Source: Cladosporium halotolerans
Lineage: Eukaryota
Assembly: GCF_011745625.1 (NCBI RefSeq)
Contig: NW_027191462.1
Location: 62,001-126,000 of the forward strand
Length of the DNA: 64,000 nt
Direction: 5' to 3'
Part shown: piece by piece, positions 49,201 to 59,243 of the stretch
Position numbering within the stretch: position 1 is the stretch's first letter
How the letters are laid out: every line of letters begins with the position of its first letter
Notes under the pieces: generated by a model
Databases searched by the model: none
Seen by the model: only the letters and a program-made list of their open reading frames with translations
Told to the model about the DNA's origin: nothing
Made by a program: the position numbers and the translations under genes

Positions 49201-52067
49201 TCGCCGTTGAATTGAGAGGTCTCGTCAGCTAGAATCTTGGTGTCCTTAACGAAGCAGTCCCACTCGTGAGGATGCAGCTGCTTGAGGTACTCCAACATGG
49301 TGACACGAGAGTAAGGCTCGTCTTCACGAATAATCTCACGGAGAGAGAGAAGGATCTTCTCGCTGTAGTGAGGAATCATGACGGTGAAGGTCGGCATGTT
49401 GTCAACGGGAAGCGGCTCAGGGATCGGGGTGGACAGAGACTGGGCGAAGAAAGAGATTCTGCGCTCGGCCTCAGAGTGGACCGGGAAGAACTCAGTCTTG
49501 AAAGAGTGGTCTTCCTGGGAGACGAAGAAGGTAGGAGCACGGAGAGTGCGCTTGCCCTCCTGCTCGGATGGGACCTGGTGGTAGAGGAGCTTCTGGACGT
49601 GGTCAATGGCGAGGAGGTGCTCGCGGTACATGGAGATGACGATGGCGTTCCAGATCTGAGAGATGAGGACCTTGGGCTTGTACTTGATCTCCATGTCGGT
49701 CGTCGCAAGGATCTTGGAATAGATACGCTTGGGCAGGCGCGAGTAAATGTTCCTCCAGGGCGTCCAGATAGAAACACCGAGGTAGAAAGAGCGAGCGACG
49801 GAGAAGACGCAGTTCCAAATGATGTACCAGAGGTATGTGTCCAAGAAGAACAGGACCAGATCAGTGAAGTACATGAGAATGAGGAGGACGGTCGGCTGGT
49901 GCTTGCAGAGGATGTCTGCGGAGGAACCAAGGATGTTGTCACCCAGACAGTTCTGGATGTCCATCGTAGAGAGAATACGAATGGGGTCACGCAGCGAAAG
50001 CGTCAGGAAGAAGTAAGATTCCGTAAGCTTAGCAGCGAAGACGAGAACCCAGAGGCCGTAGGACATCCACATGTCGTTGCCACGCAGGCGAGGCCAGCTG
50101 GCAGTGAAAGTCTGAGAGGCAACATACTGGCGGCGTCTGCCCTTGAGGTAGCTGCCGAACAGAGCGCCGATGGGCATGATGGAGAACCAGATGACGGTGG
50201 CGAGAGCAATCAGGAACTGCACGACACCAAGGACGAGACCAGGCTGCTTGGTGCCGTTCTCGATGCTGGAGCGACCGGGACCGAAGATGTAGACAGATGG
50301 TGCGACGTTGAGCACAAGAACGCCAAGCAGGAAGAAGAGACGCTTGGTCAAGTGCTGAGCGCCGGCCCATCGTCGAGGAACGTACATCCACTCGCAGAGA
50401 GTAGCGAAGACCATGATCAAACTTGCGACAGTACCACCAAGAGCGACTGCGGACCAATGGAGAGCTGACGGCGGCTGGTTGTTAAGCTGCTGCTGGTAGT
50501 TCCTGGTAAACAGAGTCGGCGAGTTGAAGGCGGTGTAAAACCAGTAGATGGACAAGTGAATGACCCAGATACGGCTGAAGTTGGGAAGCATGTGGAACCA
50601 AGAGCGAGTCTCCTTGTAGGTCTTGAAGAAAGCCTTCTTCCAGACGACGTCCTTCAGTCTTTCATAACGCTCGGCAGGCGGCAGATCGACGAGTCTGCTC
50701 TTGTCCTCGAACGCGATGCGCTCGATACCCTCGGGGTACCAGAAAAGCTGGTTCATATCATCGTAACCGATGATCTGGGCGTGGTCACGCTCCTTGCGGA
50801 CATACTTGCCCTCGTAGATCTCGTAACCCTGGTCTCTGCAGTACTGGTAGAGGGGAGTAATGCAGTTGTTCAGGAAGGTGAACTCCTCAACAGGCTCGAC
50901 GCGGTTCTGGCACGCGGGAGAGTGGAGGTAGTCATCCGCGCACTTGTAGATGAAGCAGAGAATTTCAGGCATGTAGCGGACCTGGTTAGCCTCACCCCAG
51001 CAGAGGAGGTAGAGAGCAACCTGGCGCACGCGATCGTGCTGCGACATGCGGTTCATCCTGGTCTTCCACCTGTACTGTGCGGCTTCCAGGCTGTCGTCGC
51101 CCTCCAGGCTCTCGAGGGTGGCCTCCTCGTTCTGAGGGTCCTGCTGCTGGCCCTTCTTTTTCTTCGCGGCCTTCTTGGCCTTCTTGCCAGTCTTCATGTT
51201 GGCGAATCCGACGGAATCGTCGAGATCGAGGTGAGCAGCAAAGTACCACTTGCGGTAGTTTGCGTTCTCGCCACCAATGTAGTCGGCGTGAAGCGACAGG
51301 AGAGCCTGGTTCGGAGACATACGCGACGCACGAGAGTCAAGAAGAGTCATCAAATGGTCGAAGACGTTGCGCATACTGTCACGCTGGAAACCGAACTTCG
51401 CAGTCAAATCCAGGAAAATGTCCTCAATCTCCTCCTTGGAGAGAGGAATCTGGGCATCAGACGTCCAGGCAGGGTAGGGCTCCCTAGAACGCTGACCAGC
51501 TGGCAGAGCGTTGCCATATTCCATGCCGTAGACAGGAGTGGAGGCGCCAGAAGAGCGGTTACCTCCGTAAGAGACCTGAGACGAAGGCGGGCGGTAGCCA
51601 CGGCCCTCGCCATATGAGTTGTAACGCTCATCGCCGCGGCCGTAGTAGTCCATCTCGGCGGCGCGAGCCATGTCAGACCTCATGGTGAAGTCACTGAAGG
51701 TCTCGGAGTCCTCCTCGGAATCGTGGCCGCGACGGCCGCTCTTCCTCTGGCTGTAGCCACGGCCGCCCTGCTGGGGCTGGCCCTGAGCCGCGCCCTGGTC
51801 GTAGTACTGGTCGTCGTAGTACTGGTCTTGGTAGCCCTGCTGGGCGCCAGCATCGTAGTAGCCATCCTGCTGGTATCCGTCCTGGTGGCCCTGGTAGTAG
51901 CCCTGCTCGTCGTAGTAGCCATCTTGCTGGCCGGCGTGAGCGTACCCTTGCTGGTCGTAGTAGGTCTGGTCGTCGTGGTAGTAGCCGTCGCCCTGCTGCG
52001 GGTGTTGCGGGTGGCCATATCCATCATCGTAGCCGTCGTGGCCGCCCTGCTGGGGGTGCGACGCCAT
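46207..52067 (-). CDS. FKS1: 1,3-beta-glucan synthase catalytic subunit
   Basis: [45 protein letters not shown]. Intron 46532-46584, then [21 protein letters not shown] to TAG 46207-46209. Confidence 0.97.
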
Positions 52068-52091
52068 GATGGGTGATGGTGCGATTAGAGA

Positions 52092-52243
52092 TTACTGGCG
52101 GGATGCGTCAGCATTTGATGGCATTCAGCAGACGCGGCGGCGGAGGGCTGGTCTGGACTCCCGTGCTGGGGATGGGGTCGGGGCAGGCGTCTGAGCGCAG
52201 CGGATGGCGAGGGGTGGAGGCTTACCGTTTGATGGGCGACCAT
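52092..52243 (-). promoter_or_regulatory. Spliced upstream ORF MVAHQT* in the FKS1 leader
   Basis: ATG GTC GCC CAT CAA ACG (52243-52226) spliced to TAA (52094-52092). Confidence 0.55.
52095..52225 (-). other. 5'-UTR intron of FKS1 (131 nt)
   Basis: Donor ACG|GTAAGC at 52225, branch GCTGAC, acceptor CCGCCAG| at 52095, 27 nt upstream of the FKS1 ATG. Confidence 0.75.
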
Positions 52244-52989
52244 GTGATGGTGGAGGGGGTTGTCGCAGTCGGTATTTGCTGGTGAGTCGGCGGATGGCCG
52301 GAGTGTCTCAGCGAGTGAGAGTTGTCGTAGACAGGCGGATGGGAGGGAGCGAGTGGAAATGGCGCTCAGCACCTGGCGCAGGAGGAGTCGCGAGAGCACA
52401 CGGCAACAAACACGCGAGCGCTGCAAGCGTGACTGGGGCCGGTGGTGTGGTGAGGGCGACTGGTGCGGTCAAACGATGGTGGTGGTTGGATGGTGGACGG
52501 AGCAGGAGCGGCGGGAAAGCAGGCGCTGTTGCTGTGCGAACGCGCGTTGTGGCCGGGCGAAGCCAATGCACAACCTCCCGTGGGCCGGCAGCTGATTGGC
52601 GGGGCTGGCGGGAGAGCCGCGACGCCGGGGGCAGCTGCGGTGTCTGCTGCGTGCTGTGGTGCTGACAGACAGCGCTGTATGAGGAGCGAGTGAGTACGAT
52701 TTCGTCGGTCGTCGTGCTGCCGGACGGCGGTGTTGCAGCGGAAGCAATAGTGACAGACAGTAGCAGCAGCAGATGCAAATGCTAATGGGCGTCGAGAAAT
52801 GGGCGGCCTCGGGCGGGCGTGCGAGAAAGGGGCAGGCTGATTGCCTCTGCGCGGGCCCGCCCAACCCGCCCTCCGTGCCGACGCGATGGGCGCGCCAGTC
52901 TTCTATTCTGGACGCTAGCGCCCTTCGCCGCCGCCCATCAAACCGGCCACAACGGCTATCCCGCGCAGAGCGCCAGCAGTCCCAGCAGC

Positions 52990-53030
52990 CCTCGCCAGTC
53001 CTCGCCAGTCCTCGCCGCTCCTCGCCACAG
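52990..53030. repeat. Four 10-bp tandem units CCTCGCC(AGT) in the FKS1/GEL intergenic region
   Basis: cctcgccagt cctcgccagt cctcgccgct cctcgccaca. Confidence 0.75.
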
Positions 53031-55246
53031 CCTTCTGTGCTAGTCGCCAACGCCTTCCCACCCGCCAGCGCCGCCACCGCGCCGGACGCTGATCCGCCCC
53101 ATCGTCCAACCCGCTGTACCGCCAAATCCCAGGCTGCTCAGGCCTGCTGCACCCGGAGGACGCCGTCTATCCGCCGCCAGTCCTCACCTCTTCTCTCGCT
53201 GCCCGCCTGATCTCTGCCGTGCCTGCCCACCTCCTCCTCCTCCTGCCGTCCGCACTATGATCACTGCTCTCGCACGTCTGCCAGGCTCAGCCGTTGATCG
53301 ACGATCATAGCCCGCAGACAAGACTCCCCCGGTTCACCACCGTCGTCTGCTAGCGCCGCGTCTCTGCAGCGAGCATCGGCCTGGCGTGGCGGGAATGCTA
53401 TTTTTGCAGAAGCACTGCTGTCAATGATGCGCCATCTGCCGGCTTCTATAGCGCTTCCCTAGGCGCGATCAGCACGCTGCCGTCTCGTCGCTTTCGCCAC
53501 TCTCAGACGATGATACCTCCATCTTGTTTAAACCACGCTTGAGAAGTGCGACTCCAACAATGCCTAATCCCGGCTGCCCATCCGCAGTCCAGCGTCGCGA
53601 AAGTGCCTTTCCCATCTCCTAGTCCCCTGCTCCGCTATCTCGCAGATCGGACAATCCAGCGTTGAGTGGATCTGTGGCAGATTTGCTGCAAGCCTCTCGG
53701 GGCCTTTCAGCCCACTAGCGGCCCCTTCAGCGTGCCGCCGCCACTCACGCTTCGCGACGCCACTCTGAAACAGTGCGTCTCGCCTCACCCTGGCCCTGCC
53801 AATTCAACTTTGTGCGCGCGCCGTTTTCTCCCTGTGACACAACGGCAGAGTGACATCCGCCCACGGACCCGGGCACGACGCCTCCTGTGTCATTGCGGGT
53901 ACCCGTGGTCCTTTGCACAATGGAAGGAGGCGCGAGTTGACAGCTGTGCGATCTCTTCTGCTGGGCGTGGCCGGGCTTGCGCAATGGTGTGTGCAGCTTT
54001 AGTGCTGGGATGGCCAGGTACCTGCGTTAGATTTGCAGCTGACCAATCTCATGCCGTCTTCCGTCACCCTTTCTGGAATAAGTCTTGCAAGGGTGAAGGC
54101 TGCTACTGCAGGCGTCGTTTGCCAGTAGTACTGGTTGTACTATTTTGCTGTCTGCGGGATGCGTGATCTTCACCTCGCAGCGGCTCGCATGACATCGGCA
54201 CTTGGGAGACCGAGGATTATACATGGCAATGTTGTGTAAATTTGGCAACATGTGCGCAAACAGCTACGCGTACATCTACAGTAGTATGCACCATATGCAC
54301 CAGCCAGCAATGATAAGCACTGCTTCTGTAAAATGCATTGCTGAAATGCTCTCGATAACGAGAATACTTTTGCCATGGCAGATTGAAATGCAAATGTTCG
54401 ACCTTCGCCACCTCGTGAGCCATGCAATTGTGCAACACGCTTGCGCCGTCATTGACAGCTCGAACTCAATTCGTCATTTGCCACAGCAGTAGACCAACCA
54501 CGTCCACCATGTTGGGCTGACCGCGGGAGACGGAAACAGAGGCGAGAGTCTACTGTGATGCCCTCCGCGCGCTCTTCGGCACTCGAGTGCTGTCGAACAC
54601 GCATCACGTGAGCAAGACCCGGATAAGTCGAGTAGTGCACAACCGTAGATACCAGCCCTCAACCCCAGAAGCTAAGCAACACAAATGATGTCGTGGCCGT
54701 TGGTGTTGAGCGGTGGCTCGTATTCCACCACGCCTTCTCGAACCCTCACATCCGGACGGCCCGTTTACCCTCGAAGGCCCCTTGGTGGCAGGCCAGATTG
54801 GGATTGTCTGCACTGCCTCACCAAGCCTCAGGCCAATGACAGCAGGGTGAGACAGCGAGGGATGGAAATGACGGCTCCGGCAGGCCGCGCAAGCCGCGCA
54901 AGCTGCTCGGGTCCCACGCCAAGCCCAGCCGCCGCGGACCTCCTGAGGCGACGAGCGCGCGCGGCACAACACACAAGCATCGCCCGCCGCGCGCGCTCTC
55001 TCATTCCCTCGACTCCTTTGCTTGACCCCAGAGCTTCACCACCCGCTCTTCGTTTCTTGTCCTTTCTTATCCCCATTTACGCTTTCTTGGGCACCGAACC
55101 CGCTTCTTTCGTTGACATCAGCCTTGCCGACAGCAAGAGCATACGCGACCACTGCAGGCTTCGTTGAGACACCCTCAGCGCACCTCACCCACATCTCCCG
55201 ATCCAGGGACTTTCTCACTTTCTTCACATCTTTCTACAGCTTCACA

Positions 55247-56976
55247 ATGAAGGGTTTCAGCTTCGGCGCCGTCGCGGCGGCCGCCATCGCCGGCACCAGC
55301 ATGCTCATCGGCCGCGCCGCTGCTGCGGACGTCGACCCCATCGTCATCAAGGGCTCCAAGTTCTTCTACAAGACCAATGGCACTCAGTTGTACGTTTGAG
55401 GACATCGCAAGAGACGGCGCAAAATCCGGCAAGACTGACATGACACAGCTACATGCGCGGTGTGGCATACCAGCAGGAGTACTCCGGCAGCACCAGCGGC
55501 AGCGACAGCAACGACAACTACAAGGACCCCCTTGCCGACGTTGACGGCTGCAAGCGTGACATTCCTGTCCTGCAGGAGCTCCGCACCAACACCATCCGTG
55601 TCTACGCCATCAACCCCGAAGCCGACCACCAGGAGTGCATGACCATGCTTTCCGATGCCGGTATCTACGTTGTCGCCGATCTGTCTCAGCCCGCCACTTC
55701 TATCATTCGCAACGACCCCGCCTGGGACGATGAGCTCTACGCCCGCTACGCCGAGGTCATTGACGAGATGTCTCAGTTCAGCAACACCCTCGGTTTCTTC
55801 GCCGGTAACGAGGTTTCCAACCAGCCCAACAACACCGACGCCAGTGCTTTCGTCAAGGCTGCCGTCCGCGACATGAAGGCCTACATCAAGCAGAAGGAGT
55901 ACCGCCCCATGGGTGTCGGCTACGCCACCAACGACGACGCTGCTATCCGTAACGACATGGCTGCCTACTTCGACTGCGGTGACGAGGAGAGCTCCATCGA
56001 CTTCTGGGGCTACAACATCTACTCCTGGTGCGGTGACTCTTCTTTCGAGGAGTCCGGCTACGACGTCCAGACCAAGAACTTCGAGAAGTACAACGTCCCC
56101 GTCTTCTTCGCCGAGTACGGTTGCAACGAGGTCAAGCCGCGTAAGTTCACCGACGTCCCGGTTCTTTACGGCCCCAAGATGAACGACGTCTGGTCCGGCG
56201 GTATCGTCTACATGTACTTCCAGGAGGCCAACGACTACGGTCTCGTCAAGGTCCAGGGCGACAGCGTTAGCAAGAGGGAGGACTTCTCCGCCTACTCCAG
56301 CCAGATCGCCACCATCTCCCCCACCGGTGTCAAGATGGCCGACTACTCTCCCACCAACTCCGCCGCCGCCTGCCCCACCGAGGGCAAGAACTGGAACGCC
56401 AAGTCCTCTCCCCTCCCTCCCACCCCCAACAAGCAGCTTTGCGCCTGCATGTACAACTCCTTGACCTGCACCCCCAACGCCGACATCTCCGCCGAGTCCG
56501 TCGGTGAGCTCTTCGGCACCGTCTGCGGCCTCGGCGACGGCTCCCAGTGCGACGGCATCGCCGCCAACGCCAGCACCGGCGACTTCGGCGCCTACAGCAT
56601 GTGCAACTCCACCGAGAAGCTCGGCTGGGTCATGGACGCCTACTACCAGGCTCAGAGCGGCTCCAACCAGGCCTCGGCCTGCGACTTCGACGGCAACGCC
56701 GCCACCAAGTCCGCCGTCTCGCCCTCCGGCGTCTGCGGCGACCTGATGCAGGAGGCCGGCTCCGCCGGCACCGGTGTCGTCTCCACCAAGCCCACCGCCA
56801 CCGGCGCGGGCGCCGCCGCCAACAACGGCGCCGGCGAGAGCGGCTCTGCTTCCGGCTCTGGCTCCCAGGGCGCCGGCGCCATGTTCGGCACCCCCTCGTA
56901 CACGAGCGGCAGCTGGCAGGCCGTGTCGCTCCTCGCCGTCGGCCTGTTCTCCGGCTTCGGCATGATCCTGCTTTAA
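55247..56976 (+). CDS. GH72 beta-1,3-glucanosyltransferase with X8/CBM43 domain and GPI signal (Gas1/Gel type)
   Basis: Signal peptide, IVIKGSKFF, intron 55390-55448, RGVAYQ, FFAGNEV and FFAEYGC catalytic motifs, Cys-box, Ser/Gly linker and hydrophobic C-terminus. Confidence 0.95.
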
Positions 56977-58019
56977 GCGACGCGAGAGAGCATTAGAGAT
57001 CGAGTCAATTCCCATTTATTTTCCAAACGATCGTACGGGATCAATGTACAGACAAAAAGAGCACACAGCCCAGACAGTCAAGACAACAACCCCCTCAAGA
57101 AAATCCTTCTCATTTCATCTTCCCACCGGTGTTGCTTTCTCAAGTTAGACGGCCTTTATGCTCCAGCGGCGGCTTCTTGGACACTTTTTATTCATCTATT
57201 CTTCCACTTTTGCTTCGCGGTCTTGCAAGCGCTTCTAACTTTTAGCTTTCAAGCCTCAGTCCGCTCCGCGGCGCGACTGGGACGGAGGAGACACGGCATG
57301 TAGGGATTTCTTTCTTTCTCTTTTTTGAACTAGATTTTTCCTTGCGCCTGATGGGGGCTGGATAGGTAATTGCGAATCGAGAAAAGGACTTCAAAAAACT
57401 AGCATATATTGCCGTTCCGTATAGTGACTCGTGGTTCTTCGTCGTGCGTGTATTGTGCATCTGCTGTGCTGTCGTGCGAGGAGTTTCTGGGCGGTGCGTA
57501 CCTGCTGCTTTTCAACGTACGTCACGTCACGGTGACCTGCTCAGGACATTGTGTAGGATCCCAGCTTATATCCCATCGATGTCTCTGGAAAGCGTTGCTC
57601 TGTCTCGCCTTGGAAGCTTTTCTCTCGTTTGGGGAATGTGAGGTGTGCTCGAGCCAGGCGGATTGGCGTTGCATGGAGGTTTGGGCTGCGATCGGTGTTG
57701 TCAGGGTTAGGGTTGGGGTAGAGGTTTGAGTTGATGACTACGGTGTGTCACTTTGACGGGTTTGTGATCTTTTGACTTCAGTGGTCTGGTTGGACGATTC
57801 TCCAGTCGGTCAATGGTTTCCTGTATTATTTGACCGTGGAACGGGCAGTACCCGGTTCTTGATCGTGTTCGAATTGTCCTTGGTGTGATCTGAAGCTCAA
57901 AGGGAAGCACATGGAAAAGCGGGCAGAATACGAAACGGTATACATCTGCTTCCCGTACAAGACAGCCAATTGCAACGGAGCACCACAGGAAACGAACATC
58001 GGATCGACAACCACTTGCC

Positions 58020-58529
58020 TCACAGGCTGAACTCCAACCTATTCCCCGCGTAATCCCTCGCAAAGAAGCGCTGCGGAAACCCAGCGCCCTGATCACCTAT
58101 TGACAAACAACAGTCAGCTCAAACTCCCACCAACCATGACCCCAACTCCAACCCCCATCCAACCCGCCCAAAATGCTTGAAGAACGTACCCGACGTCTCG
58201 CCCCCAGGCCTATCCGCCTCCCTCGGCGCCCCCTCCCCACCCCTCTCAAAATGCCTCCAAATCCGCTCCCGCAGCGCCAGCAGCTCCTCCGCGCTGCCGA
58301 CGCGAAAGCACGGGTGCCTCGCGCTCGCCGTCTCCACGGCCTCGTCCCGCGCGAGAGCGATGTGCACCTGCTGGCCGGAGTCCGCGATGTCGAACCAGGC
58401 GAGCTCGTGCTGGCGGTGGGGTGGGACGGCGCGGGGAGTCAGGCCGAGGGTCTCGCTGTAGAAGGCGTGGGCGAGGTGGAGGGTGGAGGGGGGGACGAGG
58501 AGGTTGATGTGGGAGAGGGAGAGGATCAT
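58020..58529 (-). CDS. Glyoxalase/VOC-family protein
   Basis: LSHINLLVP...AFY...LGL, QQVHIA, HPCF. Intron 58097-58189. Last exon GDQGAGFPQRFFARDYAGNRLEFSL*. Confidence 0.88.
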
Positions 58530-59243
58530 TGTTTTGTTTTTTTATCTGTTCTTGTGGTGGGGATGGTGTTTGGTGGATTGGGTTGGGGGCAGAGGGTGGC
58601 TTTGTTGGTGGGGATTTTTTTTTTGAGATGTGGATGAGGTAGTGGGATGGTTATATAGTGACGACGACTGAGGGGTTTGGCGGTTGGTTGCGTCTGTTGT
58701 GTGACAAACGTGGAATGATTGGTATGGTTGACGACGTGTGATGTCGTCGGCATTTGGGGGGACAAACGCCGACCATGATGACGGGTTGGGTCACGAGCGA
58801 GGATTCCAGGTCTTGCTGACGAGAGAGAGGGGTAAGCCGTCGGACAACAAGTCACATGTTTGAGCAAACCTGTAAGCATGCGATTTGTATTGTTTCCAAG
58901 ACTGTTGCTTTATAGCGACGACACGCCGAACTCTCGAAGTTGATGTTGGATGGAGGTGGGTCCCACTTTTGGCGTCACGTGAAAGATATGGGAACTGCTA
59001 TCACTATCGCCATACTGGACAGGCTGGGACCTGAACGAAGGGAGCACCAAAATGAGATTGAGATTATCGATTGAGATGATCATCAATTGAATAGTCCCGA
59101 AAAATTTCATTGCTTTTTGCCAAGGCTCTAGCCAAGTTGCCATAATCAAGTGACATCTGGATGGGGCCAATGACCCGACAAAGTCCGAGGAGTTTTCACT
59201 GTGCTCCAGGCTACAGATACGAGACAGCAAATCGAAAGGAGGC

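Noticed and set aside
52300..55200. Crz1/RlmA sites in the FKS1/GEL promoter
   Set aside because: Only partial matches (for example CACAGCC and CTATTTTTGC). They cannot be told apart from background without footprinting.
57703..57718. AGGGTTAGGGTTGGGG as a telomeric repeat or telomerase RNA template
   Set aside because: Fewer than two full units, within a G/T-rich 3' region. There is too little free space for a ~2 kb Pezizomycotina TER and no other TER features are visible.
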